Source: Lama guanicoe (taxonomy: Eukaryota). Taken from it: DNA of 64,000 nt. The notes beneath the pieces were generated by a model. It saw nothing but the letters and a program-made list of their open reading frames with translations, had not been told where the DNA came from and did no database searches. The DNA is taken from positions 12,537,175 to 12,601,174 of the forward strand of contig MU056000.1 in assembly GCA_013239625.1 (NCBI GenBank). The letters are read 5' to 3'. The first letter of the stretch is position 1. Every line of letters starts with the position of its first letter. Shown one piece after another: positions 36,463-49,903 of this stretch. Position numbers and translations under genes: made by a program.

Positions 36463-36990
36463 TGTATTCGTTTCTTAGTGCTGCTATAACAAATTACCAC
36501 AAACTTGGTGGCTTAAAAACACACGAACTTGTTATCTTATACTCTGGAGGTCAGAAATCCAAAATCAGTCTCACTGGGCTCAGGTCAGGGTGTCCGCAGG
36601 GCAGGCTCCTTCTGAAGCCTCTAAGGGAAGATTTGTTTCCTAGCTTTTCCCAGCTTCCAGAGACTGCCCGCGCTCCTTGACCCACAGCCCTTCCTCTCTC
36701 TACAAAGCCAGCCTTGGAGCATCTTCAGTCCTCTCTGGCTGTCAGACCTCTGCTTCCATCATCACATCAACTTCTCTGATGTTGGCCCTCCTGGCTCCTT
36801 CCTGTAGGACGCCTGTGATTGCATTGAACCCATCCAGATCATCCCAGGTAATTTCCCCATCTCAGGATCCTTCCCTTGACCACATCTGCAGAATCTTTTT
36901 GCCATGTAAGGGAACGTATTCACAGGTTCTGGGATTAGAACACAGGCATCTTGGCGAGGGGATGGGGGGAACATTATTGAGCCGACCACA
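36463..36990 (-). mobile_element. MaLR solo LTR (MLT1D-like), complete
   Basis: TGtattcgtttc...taacaaattaccacaaacttggtggcttaaaa...ctggaggtcagaaatcc...cacatctgcagaatc...cacaggttctgggattag...gaccaCA. TSD cgaac/ccaac. Confidence 0.9.
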
Positions 36991-38039
36991 CCAACCAAAC
37001 TTTCAATATGCTGATTAAAAAGCCAGAGTGGCAATTTTCAAGTCACAATCTTAAGATATCTGGTAGGCCATCTTACCTAACTCCAGCTACCCTTTTTACT
37101 GGAGTTACCTTTTTATTTAGGACACTCGCTTCTGCCAGGACAATGGTCCTGTGAGGGGAACAGAGACTAGGAGCTTGCTTGGTGAGCTTAGAATTACACC
37201 AATGAATATTGCCAAGAAACCATAGTAGCTCAACAAATTGTCCTTTGTGTTCTACAAGTATTTCGACCCATTTAGGCAGGACTGGCTATTGAAAGTGTTT
37301 TTTGAAATAGTCCTTGAGTTTGACACCCTGACACTCAGACTGCTTGATTCTTCTCTCACTGGATCTGATGGAATCCATAACTTGATTTTTAATAATATTT
37401 CCTCTTGTACAAAAAATGTGATGCACCTATGTTAAAATTACCTTTAATCTACACCCTCCTGAGACGGTTGGAATACCTTCATCAGAATCCACGTTCTAGG
37501 ATGAATAGTTAGCATTTGAAGTGTCATAGCAAGGAAACAACTCTTCCTTTTCTTACTATTTCAAACCTTTGGAAATCTATGCTGAAAGACTTATCAATTA
37601 GCAACTGGGCTGTAAGAAATAACTTTTCACTGGTGCAGTGACTGGCTTTCACGGTAAGTCAAAAACTGGCTGGGTCCCAGGACCCCGGAAGCCCAGCGGG
37701 CTGCCATGGTCCGTGTAGAGCCATCTTAGTCATGCATCACTCTGCTTTGTGGAGGACGCTGACATCTCACTAGGATCTGGATGGTCCTGTCTGCAAAATA
37801 TCCTTTTATTGGCCTGAGAGTGAAACTTCCCTGTAAGGTGTTGTTAGAGGGCCTGAGGGCAGGGACAGGACTTTCGTGAGCTATGAGAGTAGGTCTCATA
37901 ACTGACACCTGCTTGCTAGTAAATATCCCTACATTTGTCAGAAATGAGACTAAGACCTGCTTTCTTTGTAGTCTATCACTTGGTGTTAGATCACTTTGGG
38001 GGAAGGGACACGTAGACTGCGTCCAGAAGGTTAGGTTAG

Positions 38040-38232
38040 ACGGTTCTTGGCTTTCCGACTTTAGTTAGCATCAGTATCACCGGAGAGCTAGTTAAAATAG
38101 GTGACTGGGCCCCAGCCTCTGAGTTTCTGAGTCAGTAGGTCTTGGATGAGGGGTTGAGAATTTTCATGGCTCACAGGGCCCCAGGTGATGCTGCTTCAGC
38201 TGGCTGGGAACTACTCTCTGAGAACCACTGGG
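38040..38232. mobile_element. MER5A-type hAT-Charlie MITE
   Basis: gcatcagtatcaccggagagctagttaaaa...ctgggcccc...gtttctgagtcagtaggtct...cccaggtgatgctgc...tgagaaccactg. Confidence 0.85.
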
Positions 38233-38239
38233 CTAGGTT

Positions 38240-38555
38240 TTGCTGTGGCTTAAAACCACATAGGTATATTTCTTGCTCACACTCCATGCCCACTGTGGGT
38301 TGGTTGGAGGCTCTGCTCTGCATCACGGCTGAGCTCATTCTGTGACCTGAGCTGATGGAGCATCGCTGCTTGTGGGACGTATGTGGAGTCCTGGTGGGTA
38401 TCACGCTGGTGATTAAAAGACTCCTCACAATTCACTGGCTAGGGCTGGTCACATGACTCACCCCACTGCATGAGTGCCCGGAAGCACAACTCTACTCTGA
38501 GCCCCAGAGGAGTGTATCTGAATGTTTGTAAGTTAACACTGAAGATTACTGCATG
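38240..38555 (-). mobile_element. Old MaLR LTR fragment (MLT1)
   Basis: gtggcttaaaacc...tatttcttgctcac...ggctctgctc...ttcactggctagggctggtcacatg. Confidence 0.6.
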
Positions 38556-39942
38556 TACTACTCAACTTTGACTAAAAGAAACTCGTAACAGCTAGGCAGT
38601 CCCACTGATTTTAAGTCAGTTCACAATACTTGGGCACAATATAGCTGATGCCAGCAGGGTTCAGCTGACCTTGGTTATTATTTTAGTCTTCTCAAGTAGA
38701 ATCTGAAGTTATACTAACCTCATTGGTGCCATACTTACAAGGCATCTCTAACTTGGTTCCTCTTGGGTATTGGGTTGATCCAAATCTCTCCCTCCACTCT
38801 TTTTTCTTTTTAATTTTTAGATTTTATTGCAGATGTGATCTTTTCTGACTTTATCCTCAAATTTGGAGATACATTTGACTTTGAAGGCCTCCTGTCCTAA
38901 TGAGATGACGTTAGTCATATGAGGACAAAGTCTGAGAATTCCGGTCATCAGCAGTGCTTTCTTTGTGGCCCTCACCCCCCACCCCCTCCTTTTCTTCTCT
39001 CTTTCACCCCTTCCTCCTCCCTCCCTCCCTTCCTCATGCAGCTTTGCAATTGTTTAATGATCTATGAAACTGCAACAACATCATGTATAATTTAAGCATA
39101 AACTTCAATTTTGGCTCCAAAATTATTTCTCAAGCCCCCTCTCCAAGTGTCACTTCAACAAATATTGCTGTGAAACACTGTCCTCTCATTGACTGTTAAT
39201 TTCTTTCGAGCCAGTCAGAGAGAATGGCTACATCCTCACGAAAGGGAAAATGGCAGGGTGGGGACCACTTGTTCTGCATTCTTCGGTTCAGTCACTTCAG
39301 GTCATCAGGGAAATAAGACTGTCAGCACAACGTCTCTGGGTACGGAGGACATGGCTAGGGCCTACGATTCAAAGGATTGCCCAAGGCTAAGGCCACTGTG
39401 TAAGCTTTAATTAACTGGGACAGTCAGGAGCAGGTGCTGTAGAAGGGAGTGCTACCACGATTAATATTAATTTTTTATGTGGATGTAGGGAAACTCTGGG
39501 ATGCATTGTTTCATAATTAATTTCCTTATGAGTTATTTATGTCCTAGACATTCCCTAAAGGAGGGTTAAAGAGGTCAATTTATTTAAAGCAGTTTGGTTT
39601 TTAGAGGCTCTTCTTACTGCCGTATACATATACGGCTACAATTGAGTTTCACTTTCTTGTGTGGCTTTCTAGAACCTAGAATAGCTCTGCCTTTGAGATG
39701 GAAATGGTTAATGATCACTGTTGTGCTCTTCAGAATAGTTTAAGGTCCTTGGGTGCGTTTTTAGGCTGTAGGCTGAAGCAAGATGAACAAAATGGGTGAG
39801 TACTTTGGAGTTCCTGATATTTAAATCAGTGATTGCAGGAAATGTACAAGTATTTGTCAACCAAATAAATGTTTACTTTTTTTAAGTTGAAGTTACCCTG
39901 GAAGTTGGTTTTAGTAAGTCAAAGTATTTTGCTTTATGCAGG

Positions 39943-39975
<33 letters not shown>

Positions 39976-40589
39976 TCTAATATTTTGTTCTCTTAAAAGT
40001 TGAATTTATTTCCTTACCTATTGTTAACGTTGGTATTTTTATGGTTCCTCACCACACATCTTTAAATGGGAACAACTGGGGCAAAGCTATTTGCCTTTGC
40101 TCCGTGGCTTAGACGAAAGGCTGATAGGACCATGTTCAGTTGAACCAGATTTTCAGGTAGGACAGAATTCATCAGAAGCCCTGGGCAAGCTGAACTCAAC
40201 CCTGGGGTGAGTGGGATGGGGCAGTGGTGCAGGGAAGTAAATTTTCCTTAGAGAACTTGCTTCCTTTCATAAAATGTGGTTAATGAGGGAATCTGTTTCA
40301 TAAGATACTGAGAAAAATAAATGATATAAAATGCAAAAAGGAGCATGAAGAATAAGTACCTGGCAGATAGTAAACCCTTAGTAAATGTTAGCTTTTACTT
40401 TTATGTCTCTCTTTCTTGTTCTTTCTTCAATAAATGAATAATCAAGCCACAGATACACCTTGTTGTCTTCCCACTTGTAGGACACTCTTGGGCTTGCCAA
40501 GACATTTGAGACAAAGTCTTCTCTAAAAGGATTCAAAGTGATTGGCAAGATGAATCCCAAATAAGTGATGATTTAGAAAATATAAGAGA

Positions 40590-40915
40590 AAGAAATTCTC
40601 ATGAGTTTCCAAATGAGGACAGCAGAGCACATGCATCAGAGAAATTCAGGTGTGGGAAGTGACTCTTGAGTGGCTCGGAAGGCTTCGCAGCAGAGCTGTC
40701 CTGTGGCTGGGTACAAAATGTGTTGGTGGAGGTGAAGTTGGGGAGGATATGGAGTGAGTATTGGAGTATCAGGTAGAGCACAAAGACCAAAAGCACCAAG
40801 GCAAGAGAGTGCAAGATGTGTTTGAGGAATAGGAAATAACTTAGTTTTTTGGCAGGTGAATATTCAGTGAGAAGAAATGTGTCAAGAGTAATTTTAGGGA
40901 GGAAACCTATTGGCA
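40590..40915 (-). mobile_element. L2 fragment
   Basis: gagtgcaagatgtgtttgaggaataggaaataac and a purine-rich antisense L2 pattern. Confidence 0.5.
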
Positions 40916-41123
40916 CCTGTTAGAACCATCTTGGACGTGAGATTGCAAAAACATGTTGGCTAACATTTATTTGGGAGCACATATTTAATTCTTCACTGTG
41001 GTCATTAATATGATCTACTCATAAATATTTTCAAGGCAGCATAAAGCCATGGTCAAGTTAAACTTTCCACTGAGAACCCCTTCGCTCCTCTCATAGTTTT
41101 AAGCGGCACTCTTGAGCTAATCG

Positions 41124-41165
41124 GATATCATACAGTATTTATCTGATATCATACAGTATTTATCT
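41124..41165. repeat. Perfect 21-bp tandem duplication
   Basis: gatatcatacagtatttatct x2 (41124-41144 and 41145-41165). Confidence 0.95.
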
Positions 41166-41619
41166 GTTTTGATAGATTGCTGATTCTTGGCATTGTCCAT
41201 TTCAGGCCCATGGGACATGCTTATTGACTTGGCAATAGAACATACTCAGTCTTGGATCAATATATCAGTCCTTACATCGTATTAAGTTTAATTATCTATT
41301 GAAACTTATCTACTGTTGTCACAGTTTATCATTTTTGGGAGGGTGCTGATGCTAAAATGGTATTGAACAACTTGAGCTAATTTATATATTGTCACATCTT
41401 TTGTTGAGCCCCTCAGATTAATTAAAATAATTTTTGCCTTTACTATGAAGTTACTTCATGTGGACTGACTGGCACAACAAAGCACCTAAAGTAGCATATA
41501 TAGCCCATGTCAAAGTTGAAGTTCTGCAAGATTAAAATATTTCCTTCGTAAAATATCCAACTAAACTCAGGCATATTCTTTTATGACAAATGCTTCTTTT
41601 TTTTAAGTGAACATAATCT

Positions 41620-41798
41620 AAAGATGTTCAAGATGGAAGCTGCCTTTTATAATCGAGTATCAGAAGTAACCGCCCATCACTCTGCTCTGTACTCTTTGTC
41701 ACATGGACTGACCCTGGTACCACATAGGAGGGAATTGTACAAGATACCAATGTCAGAGGCAGAGGTCATCGGGGGCCTCCATGGAGGTGGCCACTGTA
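41620..41798 (-). mobile_element. MaLR LTR fragment (MLT1F-like)
   Basis: caagatggaagctgccttttataa...ccatcactctgc...tcacatggactgaccctggtac...gaggtcatcgggggcc. Confidence 0.65.
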
Positions 41799-42029
41799 GG
41801 AGCCTTGACCCCAGTTTTGTTGTTCAACACTCTCCCAGCTGCAGGCCTGTCTAAATGCTTTCTATATCTGTCTGTCTTTCTCCAACATGAGAGACAGCAC
41901 ATTTTCTGGAAAGCATCAGTATGCTGACTTCCATGTACCAAATGCCATAATAGGTACCATGGAGGATTTTGAAGCAATAGGAGGTGAGCTTTTTCCCCCA
42001 AGACCCTCGTAGTATAGTTGAAAAAACAA

Positions 42030-42600
42030 ACACACATTAGGTCTTCAGAACGCTTCTCATGGCAAATTGTAGAAAATTAGCTGAACCATAGCTTAGGCAA
42101 AAGGGGGCATTTCCCAAAAGGCCTGCATAGCTAAAGGAAGGACAAGGGTGTGGACACAGTGAAATGTAAGGTACAAACCCCACCAGGAACCTTCCCTCCC
42201 TTCCCCATCTCTCTTACACTCTCTGTATCAGTCTCGTTGACGTAGACTGGCTTCTTTCTCATGGCCATCACCTAAGCTTCTGGCAGCTCTTGGTCTACAT
42301 ATTGCAGCTTTACTGTGTAGAGAGTCATGACTGTGGGCGATCCAAATGTTAAAATTTGAGGGAAGGGCTCTGATTGGATCAGCCTGATTCCTGGACCAAT
42401 CAGCATCCATCCCTTCCTTTGTCCAACTCTCATCAGTTGTTGACATCATGGCAGGCATTGGGGTGGGTGTGGGAATTACAAAAGCAGAAGTCAAAAGCAG
42501 ATTCCCTGCTAAAGATATGGTGATGGTTGGCAGGCAGGGGGCAGGAGGGTTGAGAGGCTCATGTGTAGCCCTGAAACAACCCCAAATGGAAGACCCTGCC
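42030..42600 (-). mobile_element. Old MaLR LTR (MLT1J/K-like)
   Basis: gcttaggcaaaaggggg...ctggcttctttctc...gggaagggctctgattggatcagcctg. Subfamily uncertain. Confidence 0.5.
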
Positions 42601-44234
42601 CGCATGCAGTTCTGCGTGTAAGGGCAGGACAGTGAGGGGGCAGGTGTGCCCATAGATTGTGTAAGGCTGTGTATCACTTCTAGTATATGCCAAAATTCTG
42701 TTCTTTTCTTCTCTATTTCTTTGGGTCTACCTGGTCCTGTCTGGGTGGCTTCTTTAAGATGCCAGTTCCTAGCGTAAGAAGCTCTTCCGAGGCTGGGTTC
42801 TGAGTAGCACCCAGCTTGCTGAGAAGTCTAAATAAGTCATAATAGTTTCTGACAGGATCTTTCTTTTGAAAGAAAGTGTGAGAAAGCAAGGGGTATAAAA
42901 CATGCCTTTGTTTTCACCAAGGCACAGTCAGAATGAATAATTAAGAAATTGATACTGACTTCAGCAGCATTATCTGAGCTGTTAGTCAAGAGAAGGTGAA
43001 TAAGATGTGGGTGTGTCTGTGTTTCCAGATGACAGGTGGAAGTTCCCGAGTCTGTGCTTCTGTTAATGGTTCCATCCAACCGAACAAAGAGGGCAGAACT
43101 CTCGTCTGGGTGAGAAGAACTGTTTTCCCAAAAGCTCACGCTTCAAATAACTAGATGGCTACTCAAATGTTATGATTTTGGGAAAAAGGTAGAGTTCCAA
43201 CTAACTCCAAAACAACGCCCTCAATTCCATGTTCAACATCAAAATGTCTTTGTCAGGGAGACAAGCTATTTTATTCCACAGTTAAAAAAGAGACAGGTAC
43301 AAATATTTCTGGGAGAGTGGAGGATACTTCAAATTTATATTAAAATGTTAATAAATCATATCAAATGGTTTTCTGGATTTTTCAGAATTGATGGAGGCAC
43401 GTGCACGTGTGTCCATGTGTGTGGTGTGCAAGTAAGTTAGGTTAGGAACATGGATTTCCAATTCTGCCTAATACCCAGTTTTGCTTGGAGCTGATTATGA
43501 TGGTGGATTCTCATTCTGCTTCACACCACAAACAATTCATGATTTTGAATGGGAATTCTGTCAGCAAAATAATAACAGATTCAGGCATTGGATCCTTGCA
43601 GAATATTTATGTCTTTGATTATTTATTTGAACAATTTGTCTGGATATTAGTATTCTCATGAGCCTAGTTTTCTGAAAACTTAATTCTTTTCAATAAGCAC
43701 ATATAAATTAACATTTTCCCTTCAGATGTCTTGTTGAGGAGCAGAGAATAGTTCAGTATTCCCTTCCCAATGCGGTATCTTTTGCGAGAGCCTTATCTCC
43801 TTGAAGTGACAACCTTTGGATGCAATTCAGATCAGATAAGGTCTGTTATGTATTTAAGGTCTTTTAAGAGCACAGCCAATTAGAGGCTGTTGAATTATAC
43901 TCACATCACTGAGGTTTCCTAGAAAGGGCTCAGTAATGGGGTTTTAGAGCTCCCGTTACAAAGCATGGCAGACTGCCTGTTTCCAAAGGGGTGTTTATTT
44001 TTGGAAATCTGTGATTCTCTTGTTAGACTCAGACTCCTTTGATTGTAGGTGTTTCAAAGAAATCTGAACCCTTGTCAGGCTATTTCTATAAAGCCACCTA
44101 CTTTTTTTTTTTCTCATAGGTTGCTTACAAGAAGGATTTCAGTAAAAATAGGCTTAATAAAACTGTACTCTGCTTGATTCAACTGACTTCATATCAGGAG
44201 TTCATCCGATTTCTATTAATGAAGTGCTCCATAA

Positions 44235-45295
44235 GTTCATTTATTCAGCACATGTTTATTGAGGGTTTACTGTGAGACCAGCTCCACAGTCAATGCGAGA
44301 GGTAAATTCTCGACTCTTTTGTGACAACAAGCAAATAGACAGTGAACACACATACACCTGTGAACACACCCACACCAATGACCATCGGAGGGCAGGCAAG
44401 TGTTCTGCTGAAAATCCCCTCATCGTGATGGGCTGGATAGTGACAGGGCCACTACCTTAGCTGAGGGGCTAAAATAGTCTCTCTTAGGAGGATTCATTTA
44501 TGTGAGGTCTGTGTGACCCAAAGGAGTGAGGCTTGCAAGGACCTAGGAAAGGGCATTCAAGGCATGGAGACTTGCTTCAGAAGCCCCCCTGTGGGGATGG
44601 GCGTGGTGCCAGAGGAAGAGGGGGAAGGTCTGTGTGACAAACCTCGGGCAGAGGGGCTTCAGAGAAGTGGACAGGGCCTAGATGACGGACGACTCTGTCG
44701 GTCAGCGGAAGGAATTTAGATTTTATTTTAAACACAATGAAAGACCACTGGAGAGCTGTCAGCAGAAGGATGGCGTTCCTAATTTAGTTTATTTGTGGAA
44801 AATGAATGATAGGAAACAAGAGAGAAAGTAGAGCGGTCAATTAGGAAGGAATTATGGTAGACAGGCGGTGACTCCGGTGCAGAGGACACGTTCCCAGCGA
44901 GTGTGGGGGACACTCTCCTAGCACTGTTAAGGAAAATATTATCTATGTATATTTATATACACACCTATGTATGTGCATATGTGCATATACATATGTGTAT
45001 ATGTTAACATTTCTTATTCTAAGCTTTCTGTTTCTATATGGTAAGAGACATAATATATGGACACCATAGCAGATATACTATTCACAAATAAATCAACATA
45101 CATAACGGAAGTGTGTGTGCTCAAAACTATTTTATGGTTTCGTGTATGATGCAAACATTTCAGAAGTCACCGGTCTAGGGGTCGGATGATGGCGACTTGG
45201 ACTTGGAGGTAGTGGTGAAAATAGAGGCCAGTAGATGCATTTGGGATAAGGTTTGAAGGTAAAATTAGCAAGATTTGTTGACAGATCGGGTTGTG
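44235..45295 (-). mobile_element. L2 fragment interrupted by a probable hAT-Charlie element (about 44862-45175)
   Basis: ttcatttattcagcacatgtttattgagggtttactgtg (antisense L2 3' end)...ggaatttagattttattt...ggatgatggcgacttggact...gaaggtaaaattagcaagattt. The internal AT-rich block has a different character. Confidence 0.6.
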
Positions 45296-45598
45296 CTCGT
45301 CATGGTGTGGGGTCACGAGAATGCATATGGCTCAAGACCCAGCCCAGCCCTCAGGGAGCCTTGAGGGGTTTTCCTGACTCACGAATGAGGGTATAAACTT
45401 TCCGAGTCTGTTTCTTTGCCACTTTCACACGCATCATGGCTCACAGGTCCTGAAGTCAAAATGAATTTCTCTTCATGTCAGGGCCACGACATGCACAGCT
45501 CTGGGGGCCACCGTTAGCATTGTAGTCCCTGGAGTCGGGTTCTATGGAGTTGTCCGCCAGGACAAAAAATTCAGAATTTTATATTGAAAAGATGCCGC

Positions 45599-45626
45599 GA
45601 GTGTGTGTGTGTGTGTGTGTGTGTGT
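45599..45626. repeat. (GT)n microsatellite
   Basis: Read directly from the sequence. Confidence 0.95.
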
Positions 45627-47085
45627 CCTCAAGAGTCTTTCCCAGTAGAATGACTCTGGCTTAGGTTTATCCCACCTCTGTCCCCCTCTACCTCCTTTCT
45701 TCAAATGAAGATCTTTACTTGAGACTTTAGGAACAAAGGAATAATTTGAGATTAATTAACTCACTTTATGGTTGCGAGCTCAGGTCTTGAGGATGAGAAG
45801 TAGATTTCAGGGGGAGCTTGGAGCCAAGAACTGAGGCTGTCATTTGTTTTCGCTGGCTATGATTATGAAAGCATGTAGCCCTGGGGTTTCCACACATGAT
45901 TGTTCTTGCCCTTCGCCAGCCTTGATGTGGCCCATGTGTGCTCACCTCGTCCCCTCCCCACCCCGCAAATAACCCCCCAACACCGAAGCATTAGTGCATT
46001 ATGTGAAACATTGGACATTTTGTCCCCAGAAGATATTTGTCCTTTCCCGAGTCACTCTCATCTCCACATTCAGAGACACTTTCCCTCAGGCAGCCCTGAA
46101 CCTGGCTTCACTTATTTCAACCTCCTTTATCACACGAAACTTTTTCCTTCTTCAGGGCATATCACGTTATGTGCTCTTCAAATTATGTTCTGCCCCAACC
46201 AGACCCTTCACTGAGATGGACTTCATGAGACCAACTTCTACAAAGCTACAGCTTTCTCTGGGCTGTTACAATGAGATTGCAATAATTGTTGCATGTTAAC
46301 AAATGTTGCTCTGTTAAAATGAATGCCGAATGACTGGCCAACAAATGAACTTTCAGAGTATAATCTGTATGTACACCGGAGACCATCTGTATCTATGAAA
46401 TGTGCAAACACAGTCTTCAGTTGGTTGCTAAATGCACAGTGTACTCTACTTATATTCTGGGGTGAAGAATACACAATTTTTCCCGTAAGAAACAGGAAAA
46501 CTATCTTTTATAGTGTTACAATGTTTCGGTTTTCCATGGAAAACAAAGCACTAGGCAAGCAATTAAAGTAGGTTTTGTTGTTGTGATTATTCCTGTGAGG
46601 AGCGTTACATTATAGTAGATTAAAGCCATGTTTAATAAGGACGGAAAGTCATTATTTTCTAATAAAAAACTAGAGAAAAATGACTCTGCCGTTTTGTTGC
46701 TATAGTTATTCTTGGGAAGAAACTAAGGCTGGAGTTCTGTATTTTGGTCTTGAATGTTTGGAAGTCAGTAGAGACCAGACTCCTGAACTCTAACAACTGA
46801 AAATCAACCTAGGACAATTGAACATATGTGGACAAAAAGACTCAAGACACTTGTTGAATTGGTGGATAGAGTGAAGTGGGGAATTCACCGTTTCACCTGA
46901 CAAAGACTGTTTGTCTGTAGCTCTGTTGTAAGAACCATAGCAGTATGTCAGTTCTGGAGTTTTGAGTAAAAGGATAAAAACAGACATTGAAAATGGAAAA
47001 TCTTCAGGTGTGGGGCAGGTGTCACGCCCCATGACCGCCTTATTCATTTTGAGCTCTCTGATGATGTCTGGAGAATCCCCTTGTC

Positions 47086-47591
47086 TTTATCAGTTTTCTA
47101 TGGCTGATATTTAAAAATTGTCACAAACTTAGTGGTTTAGAAAACAGAAATTTATTATCTTACAGTTTTGGAGATCACAAGTCCAAGATCAGTCTCTCTG
47201 GGTTAAAATTAAGGTGTTGGCATGGCTGTGTTCTTTCTGCAGTCTCTAGAATCTGATTCCTTGACTTTTTTAGCTTTTAGAATCTGTCTGTATTCCTTAG
47301 CTCCAGGCCCCATCCTCCATGGTCAAAGCCAGCAGCATGGGATCTCCAGCTCTCTCTGTCTACTGCTTCCATTGTCGCATTTCCTAAACTCTTATTCTGA
47401 CTATCTTGCCTTCCTCCCATGAAGAAACTTGGGATTTGATAAGGCCTACCTGGACAATCCAGGATGATTTTTACCACCTCAAGATCCTTAATCACATCTG
47501 CAGATTCCCTTTGCCCATGGAAGTTAACACATTCACAGGTTCTGGGTTCAGAATATGGACGTTTCTGAGGTCCACCATTCAGTGTGACATA
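47086..47591 (-). mobile_element. MaLR solo LTR (MLT1C/D-like)
   Basis: cacaaacttagtggtttagaaaacagaaatttattatcttacagttttggag...aaggtgttggcatggctg...ccttaatcacatctgcag...cacaggttctggg. Confidence 0.88.
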
Positions 47592-47654
47592 TAACCCTTC
47601 AGTCCAGAAACTGGATTTTTATCCAGAAGCTTACTCTCCCAGCTTTCTTTGTTA

Positions 47655-47870
47655 GGGCCAGGACCAAGGTAGGGAGAGTGGGGCATTCACCTCAGAAGAC
47701 AGATTTAAGGGAGAACCAAATAACTCAGTAATCAAGGTAAATAGTATTTTAATGTAATAGTCTAAAAAATAAAAAAGCAAAATTCAATGATGAACAAAAT
47801 TTTAAATAAAGATAGGATTGGCATTACAGGTTTTTTCTTTTTCTTTTGGATCCAAAATGGCTCAAAATGG
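47655..47870. mobile_element. Probable hAT (Tip100-like) non-autonomous element
   Basis: agggccaggacc...atttaagggag...actcagtaatcaaggtaaatagtattttaatg...gatgaacaaaattttaaataaagatagg. Family uncertain. Confidence 0.55.
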
Positions 47871-47894
47871 AAGTATCCTTTGCAATTAAGCAAA

Positions 47895-48283
47895 AGCACG
47901 TGACCTAGAAGATATAAATGAGATGCACTTGTGCAGGACTTGGATTTAGAACAAACATCCAAAGAAAGCAAAGGCCTTGCATGTAGTCTGCATCCTGGCT
48001 CGTCTGGGAAGTTGGAGACAGGGAGAGCAGAGGTGGAAAGCATGGCTGATTTCTGAGGCGTGGGTTGCTGTGCTGGGGTCCTTGCTTTGGGACAACGTCA
48101 GTGGACTATTGGCCATAGGATGGTGTACCTTAGGTTTTGTGCCTGGTCACCTAGCCAACCTATAAACCCGTTCCTTGACTTATCTGAAGATTCTGAGACC
48201 TATCTATTATCCTTGACTAAATTCCTTTTCTTCTTAAATAGCCAATTTGCTATTGTTAGTAACTAACATCCTTGAATAATGTA
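47895..48283 (+). mobile_element. Old ERVL-type LTR fragment
   Basis: Ends in taaattccttttcttcttaaatagcc...ttgttagtaactaacatccttgaataat, typical of old ERVL LTR 3' ends. Confidence 0.5.
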
Positions 48284-48929
48284 ATTTATCACAATAAGGA
48301 CTGTCTAATTTGGTTGGGATAGTCAAATTAAAGCCACAGGCATGTATCAGTGTTTAAAGAGCAGCCTGGCAGTGCCCAATGAAGGAAATTAAGCATACAC
48401 ACCTCATCTAAAGACCCGATCCTAATATTCTCTATAATCTAAGAATAAAATCTTTATTTCTCAGTTCCTCACCTGGATACTTCCCAAGTTTTAAGTTAGT
48501 AGCATTTTCAGGGCTTTGTTAGTAATAAGAAGATATTGACTTTTTCTCTGCTTACTGAATAACAGATCAATTCCTGTTAGAATCATATACGAGGCACTGG
48601 AGGGTTCTTTGTAATGTAAGTCTCTTTCTCTCTTCTAAAACCAGGATAGAATTGTTTCTGTTTCCAAATTTCCAGACCTATCCTCTGGTTCTTAACTTAG
48701 CTGATTTTTCTTTGGAGGGTCAAAGATGGCAATTTGACAGTTTACTTCAAAATTCTTAGAAGATACTGGATTGTGTAGATTCATTTTCTTCTTTTTTGGA
48801 TTCTTTCTTTTTTAATAGCTTTCCTGCTGTTTTATCCAAATCTATTTAATTGAGTTGACTATGTCATAGATTCAACTATGCATCCAGAAAATAATTCCTT
48901 TGCTCATGATAAGAGATTGAAGTGTTCTG

Positions 48930-49050
48930 GTTCAAGATGGCAAAGCAGAAGGATCCTGACCTTGCCTCCTCCCACAGACACACTGAATCTACAGCTATGT
49001 TCAGAACAATTTCCTCTGGGGGAGAAAAAAAAAACATAAGAAGTGGCTGT
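48930..49050 (+). mobile_element. Isolated L1 5' UTR start fragment
   Basis: caagatggc (YY1 site)...agaaggatcctgaccttgcctcctcccacagacacactgaatctacagcta...aacaatttcctctg. Confidence 0.65.
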
Positions 49051-49903
49051 TTATTGATATCACATCACAAAACTTTGTCTAGTAGTAAATAACAGAAAAA
49101 AATTAAGCAAATATTGAGATTACTGATCAAAAGTAGTTGAAGTGAAATAGTCTATCTGCTACTTTTCTGGAAATGTGGACAATATGCAATGATATTCTGG
49201 CAAGTTTTAGAGGGGTGACACTTGGCTAAAAATAGCTTTCTGGCTCCAGTTGTTAGTATATTCATCTTTATTGAACTGAAATAACAGTTTTCACATGCAC
49301 AACCAAGGGTCCTCTAGCAGTTCTGTGCTGACTTTTTCCCAAGCCCTTGAACTCTGCAATGACTAAGGTTTAAGACGGTTTATACCAGTGTGTCCAGCAA
49401 TATAATCTATGATATAATCTATGACCAAGTCCTTGCCCTTCTACACTGAAGTCATGTGAAAATACTCTCTTTGATCTCTTTCAAGTGACACTAATGCATG
49501 TCTGTCGATCAGGTACTGACAGCATGCCCAGCATTGTCGTGGGTATTACCAGAGAGAAAAGAAAAAAACTTCAAGTCTTGCTCTCCAGGAACTTAAAATT
49601 TAATTGGAGAGTGAACATTTTTATTTATGAAAAGATATGGAGTAAAATATGATAATGTGTGGGGCTGAGTGCAAAATTCACATAATGTAAGACTTTGGAC
49701 AAAGGACAGAAGAATGCTGGCTAGAGGCAATTGATTGAGAGGGCTTTCTTGAGAACGGTTATGGTGTAGCCTTCTTCCCCATCTTTAGAGAAGCTAGAGG
49801 ATTTAGAAAATGAATTAAAGAATATGAATATGAATTAAATCTTTGTTTAACTGAGAATAGGAATTAAAGAAAGCTTGAACTGATAGGATAAGGAGTAGGT
49901 GGT

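Noticed and set aside
43726..44141. Exons after the acceptors at 43725 and 44119
   Set aside because: Good polypyrimidine tracts but only weak nearby donors, and no supporting reading frame.
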